Translations under genes and position numbers: made by a program
From: Azolla caroliniana
Taxonomy: Eukaryota > Plantae > Polypodiophyta
Assembly (NCBI GenBank): GCA_043228905.1
Contig: JBHGNT010000018.1
Location: 6,820,001 to 6,884,000 of the forward strand
Direction: 5' to 3'
DNA length: 64,000 nucleotides
Notes under the pieces: model-generated
What the model saw: the letters and a program-made list of their open reading frames with translations, nothing else
Databases searched by the model: none
Told to the model about the DNA's origin: nothing
Shown here: piece after piece, positions 28,101 to 36,221 of the stretch
Layout: each line of letters starts with the position of its first letter
How positions within the stretch are numbered: position 1 is the stretch's first letter

Positions 28101-29252
28101 GAGCACCTGGTATGCCGGTTGAAGAAGAGCCTTTACGGACTGAAGCAGGCTCCCCGGCAATGGTACCGGAAGTTCGACTCCTTCATGACCAACGAAGGGT
28201 ACCTCAAAACGCAGTCTGACCACTGCGTGTTTGTGAAGAAGTTCGAAGGAGGAGACTTTCTAATACTCCTCCTGTACGTGGACGACATGTTGATCGTCGG
28301 ACGGGACCAGGTAAAGATACGGATGCTGAAGAAGGCTCTTCACCGAACCTTCTCAATGAAGGACCTGGGTCCGGCGAGGCAAATACTAGGGATGCACATC
28401 ATCCGGGACCGGAGCAAGAAGCAGTTGTGGCTGTCACAAGAGAAGTACGTGACAAAGGTGCTTCAACGGTTCAACATGTCGGAAGCAAGACCGGTCGGAT
28501 CAACCCTCCCGGCAAACTGCAAGCTGTCCAGCAAGCAATGTCCCAAGACAAAAGCTGAAAAGGAGGATATGATGAAAGTACCGTATGCCTCAGCCGTCGG
28601 GAGCTTGATGTACGCCATGGTGTGTACGAGACCGGATATAGGATATGCAGTCGGAGTGGTGAGCCGGTACATGAGCAATCCCGGCAAAGAGCACTGGAAC
28701 GCGGTCAAGTGGATACTCCGATACCTGAAGGGCACAGCGAATGTGTGCCTCCGATTCGGCTCCGGTAAGCCCGAACTCGACGGCTTCACCGATTCGGATA
28801 TGTCGGCTGATGCAGATACCAGCCGGTCCACATCAGGGTATGTGATGACGTATGCAGGGGGAGCCGTTTCGTGGCAGTCGAGGCTGCAGAAGACGGTTGC
28901 GTTGTCAACCACGGAGGCGGAGTACATGGCAGCTGTTGAAGCCGGCAAGGAAGTAATATGGATGAAGGACTTCATTAGAGAGCTCGGTATCCGGCAGGAG
29001 GAGTACCGACTCTACTGCGACAGTCAGAGTGCAATCCACCTTGCGAAGAATGCGGCCTATCACTCCCGGACGAAGCACATCCAGCGAAGATATCACTGGA
29101 TCCGGGAAAGGATAGAAGACAAGGAGTTCGTGCTGACGAAGGTCCACACGGACGAGAACGGGTCGGATATGCTGACCAAGGTGCTCACACCCGACAAGCT
29201 GGAAGCATGCCGGAAGAGGATCGGATTGGAGAGACATCCCATGCCGAAGTGA
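25176..29252 (+). CDS. Copia Gag-Pol polyprotein (1358 aa): capsid, CCHC knuckle, aspartic protease, integrase, RT, RNase H
   Basis: First ATG after the PBS; motifs CFHCGKPGHFRKNC, VDSGAS, LWHKRLCH, HTDVC..ADNGGEY..NGLAERMN, SLYGLKQ, LYVDD, TEAEY, CDSQSA, KHI. Confidence 0.96.
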   Translation: MEGGGSGQPMMMVLNAQNYADWKIKMEDLLIVRDLYEPIDRSEIPKGVLESEWKLLNRKAVATIRQYVDVSVLQHVANDTNAYEMWKKLSGLYERKNALNRTSLMRKIVNLKYRDGESMVEHVSTFMGFVNQLAAIKFPLEDAMQAIILMCTLPDSWENLVVTLSTSCTEDNLSLQTVKTSILNEEARRRDKEPASDSKALLTESERGRHWNRSPQRREKSGTRSQSRGRPICFHCGKPGHFRKNCRHYRKDNGADDTDSKKSPERNGAYRGATDRRGPDRRGQDRKGTTALAASEEEIMLITEERELNLAGVEMTWVVDSGASFHLTPEKKYFSSYTAGEHGCVRMGNEGTCRIAGIGDVWLMTSTGCKMLLKDVRHVPEVRLNLISAGRLDDEGYTGSIRNGVMKFSKGSLIVARARKVNTLYLMNARLCPEELNVAADTAGELWHKRLCHMSEKGMKRLAEDNLIPVKHVHLEKCTDCLAGKQNRTSFHSRPPTRRSAPLELVHTDVCQVETKSHGGAQYFVTFIDDHSRKLWTAPLKTKDQVLSVFKELHARVERESGKKLKAIRADNGGEYRGQFQEYCRSKGIRLEFTVPKTPELNGLAERMNRTIMERVRSMLAHAKLPKGFWAEAMSTATYVINRSPSVPLDGDTPQKVWTGKEVSYRHLKVFGCLTYVHVAKDRRGKLDPKTRPCIFLGYGDDEFGYRVWDPVDKKIFRSRDIIFMEDKTLADWESEKKMKSSKSTGEDKLYEEQSRPARDRLTLEDPAEDGEETEPAEEDENDTGTGPDPEMDSDEEEESEEPVTEAPERRYPLRERRAPRRFPEPEHVLLTDEGEPESFEEAKHDTQSRRWLSAMQDEMDSLHENHTYELVELPKGKRALRNKWVFKLKPGDAGNPPRYKARIVVKGFQQKKGVDFDEIFAPVVKMTSIRTVLSIAASMDLEVEQMDVKTAFLHGDLEEEIYMQQPEGFEKKGKEHLVCRLKKSLYGLKQAPRQWYRKFDSFMTNEGYLKTQSDHCVFVKKFEGGDFLILLLYVDDMLIVGRDQVKIRMLKKALHRTFSMKDLGPARQILGMHIIRDRSKKQLWLSQEKYVTKVLQRFNMSEARPVGSTLPANCKLSSKQCPKTKAEKEDMMKVPYASAVGSLMYAMVCTRPDIGYAVGVVSRYMSNPGKEHWNAVKWILRYLKGTANVCLRFGSGKPELDGFTDSDMSADADTSRSTSGYVMTYAGGAVSWQSRLQKTVALSTTEAEYMAAVEAGKEVIWMKDFIRELGIRQEEYRLYCDSQSAIHLAKNAAYHSRTKHIQRRYHWIRERIEDKEFVLTKVHTDENGSDMLTKVLTPDKLEACRKRIGLERHPMPK

Positions 29253-32200
29253 AGGGGGAGTTTGTTGGGATTACGGTCCCTCCGGATGGGATGTCCGGAG
29301 ATGAATGACGGCAAGCCCGGTTGCGGTTACGGAGCCGGATGATGAAGACCCCGGTTACGGAACCGGATGATGAAGACCCCGGTTACGGAGCCGGATGATG
29401 AAGACCCCGGTTACGGAACCGGATGATGAAGACCCCGGTTACGGAACCGGATGATGAAGACCCCGGTTACGGAGCCGGATGATGAAGACCCCGGTTACGG
29501 AACCGGATGATGAATGTACCCGGAGAGAGATCCGGATGCGGAGACATATTTGTGAATATGTTTGCCAAGAGCCCTTGAGGCTATATTTGTAAATAGCCCG
29601 AAAGTCATATGTGTATAAATATGACTTAGGGCAAACAGTTTTACGTTGTTGCTCATTGTCTGTTTTTCCACTTAGAGGGAGCGAAGTGAGAGCAGCCGAG
29701 AGAGAGAGAGAGAGAAACGAAGAGGTCGACGCCTCTGTGTAATACCGCCGCCTGTGGCGAGGACAGCGAGCTCAAGGTTGTTGCCTTGTAGCCTCGCCAT
29801 TGTATATTCCAGTGTATAGTGGTAGTTGGAGTCGTGCACTCCCGTGGTTTTTCCCGTTTAGGGTTTTCCACGTTATACCCTGTGTATTCATCTCTCTGTG
29901 TCTTTGTTTTCATTTTTCTGCTGCATTGATCCGTGTTGTCTCGGTTGTGGCCGAGAGGCGAAAGAATTGATAGCGTCAAAGCTTTACAAAGATCTCCTCG
30001 AAATCCACTCCTTTCTTCTGCTAGAAGCCCTTCACCACGATTCGGGCCTTATACCTTGGTGGATTTCTGGCGTCTCCCGGTTTCAACTTGTACACCCACT
30101 TGTTCCGAAGTGCCCTCTTTCCTTTCGGCAACTCCACTAATTTGTATGTGTGGTTCTCATGCAGGGAATCCATCTAATCCTACATGGCTCTCAACCACTT
30201 GCGGTTGTGGGTGTCTCCCCTTGCTTATTCAAAGCTTTCCGGTTCCCCCTCATCGGTTAGCAACACATGCTCTGCATCCGGAAATCTTCGGGGGGCTCTT
30301 CTCTCCCGGAGAGGATATCTCCTTCCTTGGTTTCTGACGGTTGGTTCCTCCATTTGTTCCTCATCCTCATCCGATTCGGGATCTTGTCCAGTTCCAGTGT
30401 CATCATCATCTTCTTCTTCTTCTTCGGTCGATTCAGTTTCTTGTATGAATCCGGCCGGTTCGTTGAGTGTCATCCGGTTACCGGCTAACATCTGATTTTC
30501 AACCGGGTATATCCTTTTGTCCTCAAGCCGGTTTTCAATGGATGATCCGGAGTTTGTTACCTTCTTCTCCGACTCCCAGTCGGCAATGGTCTTGTCTTCC
30601 ATGAAGACTATGTCCTGACTCCAGAACACCTTTCTGTCGACCAGATCCCACACCCGGTAACCGAACTTATCGTCGCCAAATCCAAGGAATATGCATGGCC
30701 GAGACTTTGGATCCAGCTTTGCTCTCTTGTCCTTCGCCACATGCATGTATGCGAGATACCCGAACACCTTCAGATGCCGGTAAGACACATCCTTACCGGT
30801 CCATACTTTCTTAGGTGAGTCTTCGTCCAAGGGTATTGAGGGTGATCTGTTTATCACATAGGTCGCCGTCGTCAGCGCCTCAGCCCAAAACGTCTTGGGT
30901 AACTTGGCATGTGCGAACATGCTCCGGACTCTCTCCATTATGGTTTGGTTCATCCTTTCGGCCAGCCCGTTTAGTTCTGGCGTCTTCGGCACAGTGAATT
31001 CGAGCTGGATTCCCTTCGACTAACAGTACTCCTCGAATTGCCCCCGGTATTCTCCTCCGTTATCTGCTCGAACTGCTTTCAGCTTCCGACCGCTTTCTCT
31101 TTCCACTCTTGCGTGGAGCTCCTTTAAGACGTATAATACTTGATCCTTCATCTTCAACGGTGAGACCCACAGCTTCCAGCTGTGGTCATCTATGAACGTC
31201 ACGAAGTACTGCAATCCAGCATGTGACTTCGTGTCAACTTGACACACATCGGTATGCACTAGCTCCAGTGGTGCATTCCGTCTCATCGGTGGTCTTGACC
31301 GGAAGGAGGTGCGGTTTTGCTTGTCGGCCAGGTAGTCGGTGCACTTCTCAAGTTGCACGTCCTTCACCAGAATGAAGTTGTCTTCAGCAAGCCTCTTTAT
31401 CCCCTTCTCACTCATGTGACACAATCTTTAGTGCCATAGCTCACCGGCAACGTCAAATGCTACGTTCACTTCTTCCCGGCATATCTAGGCATTCATCAAG
31501 TACAATGTGTTGACCTTCCGAGCTCGAGCCACTGTTAAGCTCCCTTTGCAGAACTTCATGACACCATTTCGGATGCTACCTCTGTAGCCTTCATCATCTA
31601 GCCGACCGGTTGATATCATGTTCAGTCGAACCTCCGGAACGTGTCGGACATCCTTCAGCAGCAACTTGCATCTAGTTGATGTCGTCAACAACACATCTCC
31701 TATGCCGATAATTCGGCATGTCCCTTCATTCCCCATCCAGACACAGCCGTGCTCATTGGTTGTGTAGGATGAGAAGCATTTCCAATCCGGGGTAAGGTGG
31801 AATGATGCTCCGGAATCGACAACCCACGTTGTCTCGTCGACGGCAAGGTTCAACTCACTCTCCTCAGTGATGAGCATTAGTTCTTCTTCACTTGCCGTGA
31901 TCGCCGTTGTTCTCTTCTGGTCTAGGCCTCGCTGATCTGAACCATTTTGGTCCGGTGACTTCTTCGAATCGGTATTGTCGGTTCCCTTGTCTTTCCGGAA
32001 ATGCCAATAGTTCTTTTGGAAGTGTCCCGGCTTGCCACAATAGAAGCAAGTGGGCCTCCCCCTTGACTTTGACCGTGTCCCCGACTTTTCCCGGTTTTGG
32101 GGACTCCGATTCCTTTGTCTTCCGCGTTCCGATTTGGTAAGGAGGGCTTTGGCGTCAAAGATCACCTCCTTGTCTTTCCGTCGCGCCTCCTCATCTAGCA

Positions 32201-33906
32201 AGCTCGACTTGACTCTTGCTAGGGATAGCTATTTTCCTTCCGGCCCAGCATTGCCCAACGTGACAACTAACGTCTCCCAACTATCCGGGAGGTAACCGAG
32301 CAGGAGTAGAGCAAGTACCTCATCGGCGAGAGGTACATACAACGAGGTTGCTTGGTGTATCAGCCCCTGGAAGGCATTCATGTGCTCCGCCATACTGGAG
32401 CCATCTTGGTACCGGAGCCTCACTAGCTTCCGAAATACCGAAACCCAATTAATGACATTCTTGTTCTGGAACATGATGTTGATCTTCTCCCAGAGTTCAT
32501 GGGCCTTGCTCTCTTCATTGAAGTTGTTGTACAGGCTCATGTCGATGAAGCACCGGATGTATGACATCGTCTTCATGTGCATCACCTTCCACATTGTGGC
32601 GTCGATCTTATCTAGTCTCTTATCCCTAAACTGAACTGGCAACCAAAGATCTTTAACCACCAACATGTCCCTCATCGTCGACTTCCATACTGAGTAGTTG
32701 GAGCTGGTAAGTAAGTCACTTCTGTAAGAGTCAAACACAGAAATGGGAAGTGGAGAGTACACAAGAAAAATGACACGGGATGTTTACGTGGAAAAACCCT
32801 AATAGGGAAAAACCATGGGAGCCCACAGACTCCGAACTAACACTATGAAGAGAAGGGGTACAATCAGAGACTCGGAGGCAACGACCTCAAGCTTTGTTTC
32901 TTCACACAGTGGTGGTTACAACAAAGTATCGCTCTGTATCTCTCTCTCTCTCCCTCTCACACTCTCTATACAATAGTTACAGTAATATATCAACACAATC
33001 ATGCTTACACCTTTAATGTGATTGCCCTAAGTCATATTTATAGCTATATGAACTTAGGGCTATTTACAAATATAGCCTCAATGGGCTTATTCAAGACATA
33101 TTTACAAATCTGTCCTCTCTTCTGGTTCTCACCGGGTCTCCTTCGGTTTCCGGATCTCTACCAATTCTCACTAGGTTCTCTTTATTCATCACCGAATCCC
33201 ATCTGGAGAGACCGATTTCCCAACAATCTACTATAGTAGTTTGACTTTTTATGAGGAATGTAGCATGCAGCTATGTAGAGATTCTCTTTGCCCAAATTAA
33301 TCTTGATCCATAGGTATCGCTTATAATCATCATAATTACATAATCTTATATAATTATCTAATCTCTCGTTGTAAATGCATGTTATCCCTACATGTCCGAT
33401 ATTCCCTTTAGAGTGAGGCCATATTCATTTTATAAGGTAGCTATCTATCTTAGGTATGCATTTTGCATCATGCTCCCAAGTTTCAACCAAAAATATAACA
33501 TTACTAATTTGCGCTACATCACTTAGTCCTAATCCCTTATCCCATGGATATCCTTGATAGTTCCAAAACATGATTTTCAAAATTGAGGTATATGTAGTCC
33601 CATGGGTCATCACTTGCTATGCATTTTGCATTCCTTTCCTAGATTTGTATGCTTGCATTTTGTGTTCTTGCTCTTTTGGAGTTCAATCCTCTATTATAAA
33701 GAAACTTGTGTGTGCGAGGAGGGGCAACCAAGGTGACGTAGTAGTAGTTGCGCTACTACTATTGTTGTAGTTGGTCGTCGACTATCGATCAACACTGACT
33801 TGCACACCACATGACGTGTTGATGCGACTAGCCAACCAACGCAAAGGCCAAGCCTCACTAATCCAGCGTGGGAAATATTGCCTTTATTACAAAGTGCGAT
33901 TATTAC

Positions 33907-34271
33907 TAGGAATCAGCAACACCTCGGCTCAAGCCCGAATCCAACCGTTAAAACCGTTTTTTAAAAGCTAAAAGGTTTAGCGGGTTGGTTTGGTTTAGGC
34001 TTGGGCTTCCTTAACAGGTTTGAGCTTAGGTTAGGATGGCTCAAACCGAACCGAACCGATTTGGGCCAAACCGGTTAAGGCTTAATCGGCTTGGCTAAAC
34101 CTAGGTAAATCGGTTTAGGCTTAACCGGTTCGGTCAAACCGGTAAGCCTTAACTGTTTTAGAAATAGATTCGGTTCAAGTTCAGAAACTCCCAAACCGGA
34201 AAAGGCTTAAGTGGTCCGGTTGGGTCTAGGCCAAACCAGATAAGCCGAACCTGGACCGTTGCCAATTCCTA
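33907..34271. mobile_element. AACCG-rich MITE-like element immediately upstream of the LSm10-like gene
   Basis: Imperfect TIR TAGGAATCAGCAAC / GTTGCCAATTCCTA and dense AACCG/CGGTT subterminal motifs; no clear TSD. Confidence 0.6.
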
Positions 34272-34313
34272 ATCGTGGACATAACATGTAAATGTAGAGA
34301 GGAGAGAAGGGAT

Positions 34314-35227
34314 ATGGCTAATCAATATGGTCCTTCTTCTTCTTCTTCTTCTGGAAGAGCAGGGGATGGAGGAGGAGGCAGAGGCAGAGGCAGAGGCAGA
34401 GGAGGTAGGCCATGGGAGCGTAGCTTGGTCTGTGTCTTGAAGGCCCTGCGTGGGATGGAGGTGCTTGTCGAGCTCCAGAACGACGCCGTCATCAGGGGAT
34501 CTCTCGATGACTGCGACGATGTCATGAAGTCAGTATCATCTCCTCTCTCCCTCCTTGCCCAATCTTCTGCTTAATGAAATGAAATGCAATGGACTTGTGT
34601 GCAGCGTCACCATTACTGATGCGACCATGGAAGATGTGGAGGTAACATCTCCCTCCCTCTCTCTCCATTTGCCTCTTTTCTCATAGGCTATGTCTCTAGT
34701 GCTCCTAAAGTATTTAGGGTTTAGGAGTAGGCTTCTAGTGTTTGAGGTATTGGGTTAGGTTTTTTAGTGTTTCTAGGCGTTAGGGTTAGCCTTTAAAATT
34801 AGTTGTAGCATTTAAGATTTAAGGTTAAGGGTAATGTTGTTTGGTTTTTTTTTATTGGCTAATGGTTACGTCTAGGATCGGCCGATCCTTTCTTCTCTTT
34901 TAACATTCTCAGGGTAATATGAAGACACTACCTCTCATCTTCATTAGAGGCAGCAATGTCCGGTTTGTCCACATACCAGATGGCATCAATGTATCTGATG
35001 CAGTAGAAGAGATGGTAACTTACATTCATGCTTTTCTTTGGTGTGCATGTATATATACCTATACATATAAAGATACATACATACATACCCTTGTTGCTTT
35101 ATATTTTGTATGTTATTTTGCTCTTCTTCCCATCCCCTTGCAGAGACTTCTGCAAGATAAAGCTGCCTTTGCATATATGGGGAGAAAACCTGGTGAATCC
35201 TCCTCCGGCGGGTCAAGCATCAAATAG
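34314..35227 (+). CDS. LSM10: Sm-like protein, most similar to U7 snRNP-specific LSm10 (145 aa, 4 exons)
   Basis: Exons 34314-34528, 34605-34641, 34913-35014, 35144-35227; all introns GT-AG and frame-consistent. Spliced product: ..ERSLVCVLKALRGMEVLVELQNDAVIRGSLDDCDDVMNVTITDATMEDVEGNMKTLPLIFIRGSNVRFVHIPDGINV.. (Sm1 + Sm2). It resembles metazoan LSm10 as recalled (ENSLIILLQGLQG..DAFMN..NVRYVHIPDDVNI). The Sm fold is secure; the subfamily call is by recall. Confidence 0.75.
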
Positions 35228-35282
35228 TAGGATTTAAGATCTTTAGGGGCAATGTGATGCCTCATTATTTATACATGAGACA

Positions 35283-35424
35283 GGGAAAAATCATTTATAT
35301 ACATGACAGAAAAACTGAACTTGATGGAAAGGTTTATAGCGATGGAAATTGAGGGAAAATTCATTTATATACATGACGGAAAAACTGAAGCTGATGGAAA
35401 GATTTATGGCGATGGAATTTGAGG
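35283..35424 (+). repeat. ~70-bp direct repeat, two copies, in the 3' region of the LSm10-like gene
   Basis: GGGAAAA.TCATTTATATACATGAC.GAAAAACTGAA..TGATGGAAAG.TTTAT.GCGATGGAA.TTGA occurs twice. Confidence 0.85.
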
Positions 35425-35974
35425 TGAATAGAAACAGAGTTACTGAGATTTCCTTAGAATTTTTTTTACTGCATAATTTTACAGAATCAGAATAGAAGTT
35501 CTTATTTTGGGCACATTTCATTGTGGATAATAATTGCATGTTTATATTTAACTTTGAGCATTTCTGGTAAATAGAATTCTTGCGCCTATATGCATTCAAA
35601 ATAATGCATATGCTAAGATTTTCCTTAACTGGTCATGAAAAGGTTTCGATGCTTTTAAGTTTAACATCAACCTATTATAAATCAAGTTGTCTCCCGGAAT
35701 GAGAGTTTGATATAGTAAATATGAGAAAATATGCCATAAGCAAATTTGGATAGGCATCTAAGTAATGATCATTCAATGAATCGTTTATAAATACCAGGTT
35801 TTAAATTTGTACAATTGTCTTGTTCACAAGTTCATATATCTTCCTTCACAAGTTCATATATCTGGATGAACTTGCGTATCAAACAATGTGTAAGCTGCTT
35901 TACTATTGAGATCATGCCATTGTGTGACTAGATCTTCTATGTAAGTTACCCAAGTATATTAACATATAGGCTTC

Positions 35975-36200
35975 ATATGATGATCAAACTGAAGTGTGTA
36001 ATATTATAGACTGTATCATGATGATTGGACTGAAGTGTATAACATAGAGATTGTTATGATGTTGATGATCAGGCTGAAATGTATAATATAAAGAATATAT
36101 GATGATGATCAGATTGAAGTGTATAATATATATATTATAGACCATATGATGATGATCTGGCTGAAGTATACAACAGATAGACTATACAATAATGATGATG
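35975..36200. repeat. Degenerate ~40-45-bp tandem repeat (5-6 units) just past the NYC1 stop
   Basis: Recurrent ATGATGAT..CTGAAGTGTATAA core at ~35989, 36030, 36075, 36114 and 36161. Confidence 0.8.
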
Positions 36201-36221
36201 GAATTACCCTGAATGACATCG

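Larger units (their letters stand above)
24421..29988 (+). mobile_element. Ty1/Copia element F: intact, young, potentially active
   Basis: 726-bp LTRs at 24421-25146 and 29263-29988 with no difference visible by eye; PBS TGGTATCAGAGC at 25150; PPT GAAGGGGGAG at 29251-29260; TSD AAGAT; single uninterrupted ORF. Confidence 0.97.
22527..33225 (-). mobile_element. Ty1/Copia element E (degenerate), hosting intact element F in its RT
   Basis: 3' LTR 22527-23090 with adjacent PPT; 5' LTR ~32708-33225 with U5/PBS deleted; TSD ATCTA; gag, PR, INT, RT (LYMDD) and RNase H fragments on the minus strand. Confidence 0.9.
15066..33700 (-). mobile_element. Old LINE (non-LTR retrotransposon) ORF2, fragmented by later insertions
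   Basis: Collinear minus-strand motifs: endonuclease IMFWN..FLVETW (33425-33613), MGDFN (~22435), DSNHKP (~19370); SWFDEEC (~19090); RT QAGFR and VDFRKTFD (17570-17710), VKQGSPLSPTLF (~17410), YGVEVWG (~16220). Present only in the gaps between the insertions listed below. Confidence 0.8.
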
